Source of the DNA: Amphiscolops sp. MND2022
Taxonomy: Eukaryota
Direction: 5' to 3'
Length of the DNA stretch: 64,000 bases
NCBI GenBank assembly: GCA_964187785.1
Contig: OZ076409.1
Span: forward strand, 3,536,001-3,600,000
Part shown: one piece after another, positions 39,852 through 51,896 of the stretch
How positions within the stretch are numbered: the first letter of the stretch is position 1
Layout: the number at the start of each line of letters is the position of its first letter
Notes under the pieces: model-generated
What the model was told of the DNA's origin: nothing
The model's database searches: none
What the model saw: the letters and a program-made list of their open reading frames with translations, nothing else
Made by a program: the position numbers and the translations under genes

Positions 39852-41851
39852 CTGCTACCGCACTCCAGAGTGCGGACATGGCTCATTTGCCATACGTCGT
39901 CGAAGGGCATGCCTCGGCATGCCCACAGACTATGGGCGTCGGAACGCTATGTGACGCGGCGTTGTAATAAGGACATACATTGCAAGGACGTAGGGGATGG
40001 CTGGGGATGATAACGGTAGAAAAGATAGAAGGTATACTTCCTAGTGGTTTCATTTAGGTTTTTTTAATTATTTGTTTTTAATTTTTGTAAAGAAAAAAAA
40101 AGAAAATTGTCTTCAAGTTCATAGGTTCTTATCAAACACTGAAAGCAATCGTTAGCTGACCTGATGAAAGGATCTAACGGTAGAATCGAATTACGAAAAT
40201 AGGCATCGACAGCAAAATCCAATAAACACATGGTAGTTTTGTTTATAGTTTTATGTGGTGATAGCCTTCCCAAGTTGACACAAGGCCAACTTGAAAGGCT
40301 ATCACAAGATTCAGTTTAAAGCTACATGTAAAATTTTCAAAAAGTGTGCAGTCTGGATTGTAGAAAGAGTACATGTGAGGACTGTGAACGGTATTTCCAA
40401 TCATATTGGATCCATAAGGTTGCGTTAGAAGTATTTAAAGAGTATTTAGGCACAATCATCGCGTTTCTATCTTAGCAAAATAGCGTATTTTTTAGCTTCT
40501 GCTTTTTCTTCTGCCATAAATGTAACCCATGCGAAGGTATTATTTCGGAAAACAAAAAAACTGATAGGTTCTGATCAACCACAGTGTTCATCCATATTCT
40601 AACCTTAGAATAAAGTAATTGAAAGCAATTTGCGAAAGTAGGTTTTTGAGCTAATGGGCTAAAAATTTAGGAAATGCAGTACTATAAGGGAAAAAAATGT
40701 CTCATACACCCCCTTGAGCAGGCCGATTACTTCAAAAACCTCATTATAGTGCTGAAACTCATCCTATGCACTCTGTGTACATAGTAATTGACAAAAATGT
40801 AAAAACTTTTGGTGATCTCACATTTCACTGTGATCCCAGGCTTCCGACATGTTTACTCCGATTTAGAGGTTTTGCTCTGAATAACGTCTTATCGCGACTC
40901 ATATGTTATTCGAGCCACCGATACCAGTCCCACTTGTGTTTTTGAGTATTATGGGCCCCACTGGTTACGTCAGAGTAAATAATTTTACTTCAATAGTTGA
41001 ATTTGAATTTTCGACCTGACACAAAATGGGTTTTTGTGTCGAAATTTTTCTAAGTTAAGTTCCGAATGACTGAAAAATGACTGAAGACCGGGTGAAAATA
41101 TTTTTTTAAAACTTTTTATTACTATAAATGGTTCCTACGTTGCCAGTGGGACCGTTCTATAACATTAAGACTATAGCCGACAAGCCTCGATGAAAATATT
41201 GTGTTCAAAATGACCAATTTGTAAATTAAAACCAAGTTGAGAAATCGTTGTGAAACACCTAAGACCTCGAAAAAAAATTTAAATTCACACTGGATGCAAA
41301 CTGCTGGGTGTTTGGCAGCGAGTAGGTTCCGACAGAAACCATGGATACCAAGGTTTCCAATTTAAAGCAAATAAAAAATTTTTTCTGATGTGTTTTTGAC
41401 ATATGGGGTACTGATAGTAGTGAAAAAAATTTTAAAAATCTCGAATTTTCAAAAAATGTAAAAACTTTACATCTTTTGTGTTCAGTGCAATGCCACAGCC
41501 ACGAAATGAAGGTTCCAAGCTTGTTTCACAGTCAAAGTCCAAAAATTAACACATTTTGAGATATTAAGTGAAAAATTAGAAATTTCCAAAAAATGTTGAA
41601 ATTTTGAACAAAAAATTGGCCATAACTTTTTATAAAGTTTATAGAACGCTTAGCGTCAGCAGGAACTTCGTCTTGCAATAGGATTTGAGGGCCGCATGCA
41701 ATCTACGAGCAAAATCGTATGGTTAGATTAAATTTTAGGTCTTTTTTTTGCAATTTCTGCTACATACCGCTAGCTTAAGGCGGATCGTCGGCCGCCAGGA
41801 CCCTACCCGTCGGCCGAATACAAACGGGGTGAAATTTCCCCGCCCACCTAG
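39852..41851 (+). repeat. Unit 16, A3 (2000 bp)
   Basis: A3 body; hairpin at 40260. Confidence 0.9.
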
Positions 41852-43127
41852 CCGCTACCGCAAAAGTGCGGGGGCGCTTGTGTTTGGCGCGCGTCGTCGA
41901 AAGGCATGCCTCGGCATGCCTACGGACTATGGGCGTTGGTAAGGGTATGTGGCGTTGACGCTTGTTATGTATATGATGGGTATTGTCAGTACCAAACGTA
42001 CAGCATACGTCAAGTCAGAAGTAAAATTCAGACAAACAATTTGTATTCATGTGCACTAGTATAGACGGCGTCGCATAAAAACAAATATGGTCTGTAGTAC
42101 CTGGACTTTGGCAAGTACATTCTCATCTCCCCCAGGAGGGAGATGGAATGTACACAACTGTTTCGTTCTCTCGGATAGATTATGCAGTATCAAAAATTTT
42201 CAAATTGGGTCAAAATACTTGAAACGTGTTGGTGAATTACACAGATAATAATGACAAACGCAAATGACTAACAAAGCAAGTTTTTTATTTAAAAATTATA
42301 AATTTTTTTCACTGCCAAATTTCTTAAAAATAGTTGAATTTTGATTTAAAGAAAGTAAAAAGAATTTTAAAGGCTTTCTTTGGCTAATACAAGAAATCTA
42401 TTTGTTTCTGAGCATTTGTTTCCACCTGTAAGTCTCCTTAAACTCAACTTTATGTTTTTAAATTCTGATATTTTCACTCGTTAGGTTGAAAATAAGTGAT
42501 TTTTCAACAATTAAAAATGGCGAAAGTTGAACTGCAGAATAAAGTTATTTCGTTGCCAGATTCAGTTTCCCCGTATGCGAAAACCTGTATGGGAGAGCGA
42601 AAAACATCAAAAACGTGCAAAAAAAGTGTTTTAAAACATTTTTAAAAAAATTTAGTGAAACTTAGAAAAAATTCAATAAAGTGTATCAAAAAACATTGAA
42701 ATAAAAAAAAAGTGTGAATTTTTGAAAAAACTAAACACTTTTGACAAAATCTGATTTTGCAAGCCGATTGATGGCTACTTGCAGACCTTATAACCTCTTA
42801 TGACTCACTGCACCAAAATCAACCAATTCTGAGAAAATTGGCCAAAAAAAGCGAAAAAGTCAAATTTTTGCCTTGGACGGACAAAAAATTTTCAATTTGA
42901 CCAACTTTTTGAATTTTCTGGGCAAAATGACACTAGGACAAAGTCATTTGTTTCCCAAGACGATGCTGTATGCCAATTTTCAGCCAAATCGTACGGGCCA
43001 ATTTTTTAAACTCGCAGATTTTCACATTTTTCCTCCGTAAGAAATTGGTAACGGCCCGGGACCCTACCCCGGCCTAAAAAAAGTGGACTACGCTCATAAA
43101 GAAAATCCCATGCTAACGACCACCTAG
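41852..43127 (+). repeat. Unit 17, D-type singleton (1276 bp)
   Basis: Unique AT-rich body, family-1 head, C-class hairpin at 42115-42153, GGGACCCTACCC and CACCTAG end. Confidence 0.85.
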
Positions 43128-45120
43128 CTGCTACCGCGGGTGGGTGTAGATATATATGTAATTGGTATACGTCGTCGAAGGGCATGCCTCGGCATGCCCA
43201 CAGACGGTGGGCGTTGATGTAAAGTATGTGGCGTTGACGTTAAGTGACCTAAAACGTGAGGTTTCAGCTTCCATAATGAAACGAAAAAACAATGTTTAAC
43301 TTTTTTTCAAATGATACTTGGGTTCAATCAGTACCATTCATTAGATAAATTGTTTTCCTGGCATTTAGGAAACATTTAAAATGCAAAAAATCAATTTTGT
43401 CAACAAATTGTTAACTATTCTTCTACTAACGGTATCATCACGTCATAGTTTTTGTCGTTGGCAAACTAATGATTAGGCTCTAATTGATATTAAAGTAATA
43501 AAAACGTACTCAAAAACACACTTGAATTACGATTTTCGAAGGATAGCCCTTCCAAGTTGACACCAGGCCAACTTGAAAGGCTATCATAAGGTAACGGTTA
43601 TGTTGATTGAAGCATTGGAGGTCCCTGAAACTATTGAAAAAACCTTCAATGTCAAAAAAATATCCAAATTAGTCGATATTGAAACGATTCAACCCACAAA
43701 AGTACGCTTATAGGCATTTTAAAACCAAAATACCTATCCTGTCTCCAACGGTTTGGACTTCCGGTGCTATATACCGTTACCCCCCACAAGGTTTCATGAC
43801 TATGTTCACTACTGCAAGCCTTTGAAACACCGACAAGGTACTTTTTTCCATAAAATTCTAATCATTTGTACCCTAAAAACACACAATTTGACCGTTACGG
43901 GTCACTTCCGGTACCAGGGGGACTTTGGGGTCAACATAACGGTTATTTTTGAATGCTCGCCTCACGTCCTCCCTATCATCATATAGTGTCCAAGCACCTA
44001 TTACCACTCCTTCCGCACCTAAATGCCCTCGAAAAAGCACAAAAATTGCAATTTTACCCACATAACGGTCATTTCCGGTCCTAAGGGGTAACGGGGGTGA
44101 CTGAAACTATGTCCCCCAACTCGTCTCAATGAGTACTACAATAAGTTAGCTAACGTTCCCTGGCTGGGACCGACCCTTTGGGCTCAAAATATGACATTTC
44201 CGGTCACTTAACGGTTAGGCTGGGGGGCCAAGTCCGTAACGGTGATAGATAGCGGAAATCTGTTTGCCCCCCTGAAGGCACCATATCATGGGTATGAAAC
44301 CTTGTAGTAGTGAAGGACACCGTAGCTCCACGCGTTCACGAGATATTTACCCCTCAATGCCCATTTTCCGTTTTTAACCGTAAAAAAAGGAGGCGGAAGC
44401 CCCATTTCCCGCTACCGGGTTGGGCCAGGGGGTCCCAAACCACATGTTTTTGATAGATCCTTGTCTAAACCTACTTTTGATATATGGCACCCGACGCGCT
44501 ACTCCCACTCCTTCACACCGGAAATAGCGGTAAAACGTGGAGGGGGGCATTTTTCCCGCTCATATAACGGTCATTTCCCGTCCGGGGGGTAAACTGGGGT
44601 CGGCAAACTGCATGTCCCCCACTTCGTCTCAAGGCCGTCCCCAATACATCACCTAACGACCCCGCGCTCCGACGACTCCTTCCGGGTCAAAAACCTGCGT
44701 TTCCGGAAAAATAACGTTTTGGGCGGGGGGGTACTTGGAGATAGCTTCAAGATAGAAAAATTTGGTTTGGACCTCCGGGGCCCCTGCAACACGGTCAAGA
44801 AACTTTTAGCAGGGTCCCAAAGTTTTAAATCAACAGATAAAAAGTTATGTGGCCCAATATGAATTTTACCCCTAAAATGACCCCCTAACGGTCGCCCGTG
44901 TGGCCAGAAAAAAATTTTCCGGGGTATGGAACCCAGTGGGGGGCGCTAATTTTCGGAAAATCTGGTGGGGGCCGCTCCAACTTTAAAATCCTATGGTTAG
45001 ATCACGAGATCCCGAATCCTATCCAAATTTTCTTAACGAAAGCTGGCAGCACTGAACTCGGATTCAGGACCCTACCCGAATCCTCCAAAAATTTTGTTGG
45101 GGTTTCCCCCCCGCACCTAG
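43128..45120 (+). repeat. Unit 18, B-type (1993 bp)
   Basis: B body; hairpin at 43542. Confidence 0.9.
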
Positions 45121-47127
45121 CCGCTACCGCTTTAGTGACCTCGCAGGGGCGTGATTTGGCATACGTCGTCGAAAGGCATGCCTCGGCATGCCTACGGACG
45201 GTGGGCGTTGATGTTGGTATGTGGCGTTGTTATACAAATCACAGGGTCATGACATAGGCTCAGATCATGGGTGACGGAAGACTGATAACGGAATAGAAAA
45301 CAAATGTGATAGTATTCAAAGGTTAGAAGTTGTTATTTATTATTTAGAAATAAAATTATTTATCAAATAATAAACAAAAATGTCTTCGAGTTCATAGGTA
45401 TATTTTCAAACTCTGCATGCTATCGTCAGCTGACATGATGGAAGATACTAACGGTAGTATACAATCACGAAAATAGGCATCGACAGCAAAATCCGATTAA
45501 CAAATGGTAGTTTTGTTTATAGTTTTTGGTGGTGATAGCCTTCCCAAGTTGACACAAGGTCAACTTAAAAGGCTATCACAAGATTCAGTTTAAAGCTACA
45601 TGTAAAATTTTCAAAAAATGTGCAGTCTGGATTGTAGAAAGAATACATGTGAGGACTGTGAACGGTATTTCCAATCATATTGGGTCCATAAGGTTGCGTT
45701 AGAAGTATTTAAAGGGTATTTAGGCACAATCATCGCGTTTCTATCTTAGCAAAATTGCGTATTTTTTATCTTCTGCTTTCTCTTCTGCCATAAATGTAAG
45801 CCATGCGAAGGTATTTTTTCGGAAAACAAAAAAAATTGAGAGGTTCTGATCAACCACAGTGTTCATTCATATTCTAACCTTAGAATAAAGTAGTTGAAAG
45901 CATTTTGCGAAGTTAGGTTTTTGAGATAATGGGCTAAAAATTTTGGAAAATATAGTACTATATGGGAAAAAAATGTCTCATACACACCCTTGAGCAGGCC
46001 GATTACATCAAAAACCTCATTATAGTGCTGAAACTCATCCTACGCACTCTGTGCACATAGTGATTGACAAAAATGAGTAAATTTTTGATGAAATCACATT
46101 TCACAGTGATCGCTGGCTTGCGAGATCTTTACCTCAATTGAGACGTATTGCTCAAAATAACGTCTTATTGCGACTCATATGTTATTGGAGCCATTGATAC
46201 CAGTGTCAATCGTTGTTTTGAGTATCATAGGCCCCATGGGTTACGTCAGAGTTAATAATTTTGCTTAAAAATCTTAATTTCATTTTTCGACCTGACAAAA
46301 AATGGGTATTTTGGTCGAAATTTTTCTAAGTTAAGTTCCGAATGACTGAAAAATGACTGAAGACCAGGTGAAAATATTTTTTTAAAACTTTCTATTGCTA
46401 TAAATGGTTCCTACGTTGCCAGTAGGACCGTTCTAGAACATTAAGGCTATAGCCGACAAGCCTCGATGAAAATATTGTGTTCAAAATGACCAACTTGTAA
46501 ATTAAAACTAAGTTGTAAAATCCATGTGAAACGCTTATGACCCAAAAAAAAATTTTATTTTCACATTGGATGCAAACTGTTGGGTGTTTGGCTGCGAATA
46601 GGTTCCGACAGTAACCATGGATACCAAGGTTTCCAATATAAAGCAAATAAAAATTTTTTTCTGATGTGTTTTTGACATATGGGGTACTGATAGTAGTGAA
46701 AAAAATTTCAAAAATCTCGAATTTTCGAAAAATGTAAAAACTTTACATCTTTTGTGTTCAGTGCAATGCCACAGCCACGAAATGAAGGTTCCAAGCTTGT
46801 TTCACAGTCAAAGTCCAAAAATTAACACATTTTGAGATATTAAGTGAAAAATTAGAAATTTCCCAAAAATGTTGAAATTTTGAACAAAAAATTGGCCATA
46901 ACTTTTTATAAAGTTTATAGAACGCTTAGCGTCAGCAGGAACTTCGTCTTGCAATAGGATTTGAGGGCCGCATGCAAATTTTGAGCAAATTCTAATGGTT
47001 AGATTAAATTTTAGGTCTTTTTTTTGCAATTTCTGCTACATACCGCTAGCTTAAGGCGGATCGTCGGCCGCCAGGACCCTACCCGTCGGCCGAATACAAA
47101 CGGGGTGAAATTTCCCCGCCCACCTAG
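45121..47127 (+). repeat. Unit 19, A2 (2007 bp)
   Basis: A2 body with the head segment of unit 4. Confidence 0.9.
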
Positions 47128-50100
47128 CCGCTACCGCAATCGGGTGTAGATATAAAAAGTAGTTGGCATACGTCGTCGAAGGGCATGCCTCGGCATGCCC
47201 ACAGACGGTGGGAGTCGGAACGCTATGTGGCGTTGTAAAATGAAGACAAGCGAGAGACATGGTAAGGTGCTTGTTATGATGGATGATAAAAGTAGAAGAT
47301 ACCAAAATCAAAACAAATTATCAATTTTCATAAAAAAAAATTTTAAAAAATGTTAATCGGTTGTGATTTGGAAACGCTAAAGACGTGTTTATGTATTTAA
47401 ACTCTTCGCGAATGCAAAATTTGGATGACAGTCATTTGGCAAACGTACATTCCCAGAGAAGGGGATAGAATGAATGTACTTAATGGCATAAAAAAATAGG
47501 AAAAACAAAGACTTGTGAGTAAATTTTATCATAATAGATCGAAAACTTCCATCATGTACACTAAGCTAATGCCACCAAAGGAACCCACGCATACATGCTC
47601 GAATCGAAAATACTGCAATTTCTGAACGCTTTCCACGCCATTATTCATATAATAATTAGTTTCGCACTATTATGGTCAAAAATTGAACTATCCTCTAAAG
47701 ATCATAAATCAACGTCATCTTCAGATAAAGGTAAGTTCTACACGTTATTTATTTTAACTAAAATGATGCATTCCACATTCATTCCTTTACTATCTTTGTT
47801 GTGTAGACGTTTCATGATTTTGGAAGGCGGGAAAGTTTTGAGACAACTTGTATTCTTCCTGTCATACCTTTGTTCACTGGGTAATACAGTCGAACTTAAC
47901 TGCGAAAAATATGTATGTCTTATGGTTTTGTTCTGCAGAAATAAAAGGTGAAGCAAAAAATCTTGAAGTTATTAGAAGAATAATTATTCTTTCATCATTT
48001 CAGCTGTTACAGTAAGTGTTACAAAAGATAGAAAGATCTAAGTTTTTAGTTTTTGAAAAGTACATTCTCATCTCCCCGATAGGGAGATGGAATGTACTTA
48101 AGTGTTTTTTGTTATCGAATTGTTAAGATTGAAGTTGATTGGACGTATTCCATTGACTTTTCGATGAAACTTGGAATCCATTTACGTATTATCACATCTC
48201 AACCTTTTATGAAGCTCACATTCAAAAAACATCAAGTATATATTTTTTTGCTAATTTAGAATATTAGACAGGGTATATATGTGGAATGATTCACTTCTTA
48301 TATTGAACATATTATGGTTTTCTTCAGAATAAAATTGGTCTTTTTAATTATCGCCCAATGTTAATAACTTGTTTGGTATACTCTGAAAGTCATATGGAAA
48401 TGATAGAACCCCAAGAAGCTGGGGTTTTGATGAATATCTGACATTTTAATACTTAGGGTCAATTTTTCCGTGTGATTTTGGCCCATATTAGGAGGGTTTA
48501 AAATTTATAAATATTCATCAAAAGTTATTCTAAGAAAACTTCTGGTAATCTACAAAAAGAGTAGAGTTGATTGGTATGTGATAGTTTTCTGTGCTATTGT
48601 TATACGCCAAATGGCGTGCATTTGAAGTTTTTTAGGAAATGATATGTTTTTCTTCCTCAAAAAATCGGCTTTCCTAAATTTTGCTCAAAAACGCGCAAAA
48701 CCTGGTTTGGCATACTCTGTGGGCCATGTGGAGTTGATAGAACCTCAAGAAGCTGTGGTTTTGATGATTTTTAGACATTTTAAAATTTTAGGGTCAATTT
48801 TTTCGTGTAATTTTAGCCCATTTTCGGATGGTTCAAAATTTTTTATTATCCATCAAAATTCATTCAAAACAAAGTTCTAATAATCTACAATAGGAGTAGA
48901 GTTGATCGGTATATGATAGTTTTCTGTGCTATTCTTATACGCCAAATGGCGTGCATGTGAATTTTTTTTAGGAAATGTTATGTTTTTCTTTCCCAAAAAT
49001 GTCGGCTTTTCCACATATTGCTCAAAAACGGGTAAAACCTGTTTTAGCGTACTCTGTGGACCATGTGGAGTTGATAGAACCCCAAGAAGCTGTGGTTTTG
49101 ATGATTTTTCGACATTTTAATATTTTAAGGACAATTTTTTCGTGTAATTTTTGCCCACTTTTGGAGGATTTATATTTTTTTATTATCCGTCTAATTTTCA
49201 TTTAAACTAACTTCTAATCATCTACAATGAAAGTAGAGTTGATCGGTATGTGATAGTTTTCTGTGCTATTCTCATACGGCAAATGGCGTGCATTTGAAAT
49301 ATTTTAGGAAATGGTATGTTTTTCTTTCCCAAAAATGTCGGCTTTTTCACATATTGCTCAAAAACGGGTAAAACCTGTTTTAGCGTACTCTGTGGACCAC
49401 GTGGAGTTGATAGAACCCCAAGAAGCTGTGGTTTTGATGATTTTTTGACATTTTAAAATTTTAAGGTCAATTTTTTCGTGTAATTTTGGTCAATTTTTGG
49501 AGGGTTCAAAATTTTTTAATATTCTTCAAAATTCAATCAAAACAAAATTCTAATAGTCTACAATGGGAGTAGAGTTGATCGGTATATGATAGTTTTCTGT
49601 GCTATTCTTATACGTCAAATGGAGTGCATTTGAAATTTTTTAGGAAATGGTATGATTTTTAGGATTTTCGTCAAAAAAGTTTGCTTTTTAAATTTATTTA
49701 AATTGAAAAGATACGGGGTTATTACACATGTCTTATAATCAACTTTTTGAGCGGAATCCAATGGTGCCTTCGAAAAAATTATTTATCAGCTAACATTTTT
49801 AGTACTGCCAAAATAACCAAAAAAGGAAACAATTTTTTCTTGATTTTGCGATTTGTTCATCCGGACATGGTCCAAACACCAATACTAGCATTCTTCGATC
49901 ATAGTAATTGTTCTAACAATTCACCACAACCTTAAGAAACAATTCAAAGAGATTTTGAATATTAACTTCGTGTGACAAAGGGTTGAAATATTTGAAGAAG
50001 TTAGTAGAAAAGAGGAAGTTTTTGCCTTATACAACACCTTGAGCAACCGATATTACGGTAGAACCTCATTTCACGACTGAAACTAACACAACGGGTTCTG

Positions 50101-51896
50101 TGTATTTAGTGATTGACGAAAAAGAAATATTTTTTGATGAAATCACTTCTCACGGTGATTCAAGGCTTTCAACATGTTTACTTCAGAATGAGAGTTATTG
50201 TGTTAAAAACATACAGTCGCATCTCATATGTTATTAGAGCATATGGTGATAGTCTTTTTGTTGTTGTTGAGTATTTTGGGCCCAACGGTTTGCTTCAGAG
50301 TGAAAAGTATTGCTTCCAAAACCAAATTTGAATTTGCGACCTGACAATAATGGGTTTCCGAGAAAAAAATTTAAAACCTAAGTGTTAGTAAATAGACCTC
50401 GATCTTATTTATTGCGAATGTCAGCATTGTTAATGGTGTTTTCGAACCTCTTGGGTAAAAAAAGTGGCGTCAGAAGTTGTTGAAACGTTTTTGTTTTGCA
50501 TCATTGGAAGTCTGTCCGTCCAAATTTTTGATTTTTGGAGCTACTGGTATTTTTCCTGTCACATATGTAACGCATGCGAAGGGTTTTTTTCTAAAAACCA
50601 AATAGTTAATAGTTTCTGATCAACCAAACTGTTCATCTATATTCTAAGCTTTCACTAAAGTAACTGAAAGTACTTTGTCGAGTTAGTTTTACCAGATAAT
50701 GGGCTAAAATTTTTGGAAAATACAGTAGTATATGGGAAAAAAATGTCTCATACCACCCCTTGAGCAACCCGAATCCTTCAAAAACCTCATTATAGTGCTG
50801 AAACTCACCCTACGCACTCTGTGCACATAGTAAATGGCGAAAATGGGTAAATTTTTGATGAAATCACATTTCACTGTGATCCCAGGCTTGCGAGATGTTT
50901 ACTTCGATTTAGAGGTTTTGCTCTGTATAACGTCTTATCGCGGATCATATGTTATCGAAGCTACTGATACCAGTCCCAATCGTGTTTTTGCGTATCATGG
51001 GCCCCACTGGTTACGTCAGAGTTAATAATTTTGCATAAAAAGGTGAATTTCAATTTTCGACCAGAGGAAAAATGGGTTTTTGAGACGAAATTTTTCTAAG
51101 ATAAGTTCCGAATGTCTGAAAAATGACTGAAGAACGGGTGAAAAAAATTTTTTATAACTTTGTATTTCTATAAATGGTTAATACGTTGCCAGTAGGACCA
51201 TTCGTGAGCAATAAGACTCTATCCGACACGCCTCGATGGAAATATGATGTTGAAAATGACCAATTTGTAAATTGAAACTAAGTTGTGAAATCCTTGTGAA
51301 ACACCTATGACCTCGAAAAAAAATTTATATTCACATTGGATGCAAACTGTTGAGTGTTTGGCTGCGAGTAGGTTCCGACAGAAACCATGGATACCAAGGT
51401 TTCTAAATTTAAGCAAATAAAAATTTTTTTCTGAGGTGTTTTTGTCACATTGGTTACATATAGTAGTGAAACCCGAGTCAATTTGGTCAAATTTTTGGAA
51501 AATGTAAAAGTTTTAGATCTTTTGGGTCTAGTGCCTTGCTAGGGCAAAGAATCGAAGGTTTAAACCAGTGATAGGTCGATTGTCACAAGTTTTTCAATTT
51601 TTTGCATTCGAGATGTTTGTAAAATTTATCTCAAAAATACCTCAAAATTCGCACCAAAAAGTGGCTATATCTCGTTACACAATGAAACCATCGCTTAACG
51701 TCAGCAGGAACTTCGTCTTGTATGCCCAAATTAGGGCCGCATGCAAAAAATGGTACAAATCCTATGGTTCAAAAAAAAGTTCGGTGCCGGAAAAATTTTC
51801 TCTAGTATATAGCGCCGTAAGCTTGGTAAATAGAAGCTCCCGACAGGACCCTACCCGCGGTCGCAAAAAAAGTGGAGATATATCCCCCCCACCTAG
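47128..51896 (+). repeat. Unit 20, C-type (4769 bp)
   Basis: Near-identical to unit 13; 4x336 bp repeat at ~48330-49690. Confidence 0.9.

Noticed and set aside
3599..47230. CRISPR array (constant-variable-constant head pattern)
   Set aside because: Period is 1.3-4.8 kb rather than ~60-75 bp, the variable segments are related to each other, and no cas-like ORFs are present.
5604..51896. Regular higher-order satellite or assembly duplication artefact
   Set aside because: Some adjacencies recur (B then A2 three times; units 13 and 20 are near-identical), but copies differ by many substitutions and there is no periodic order.
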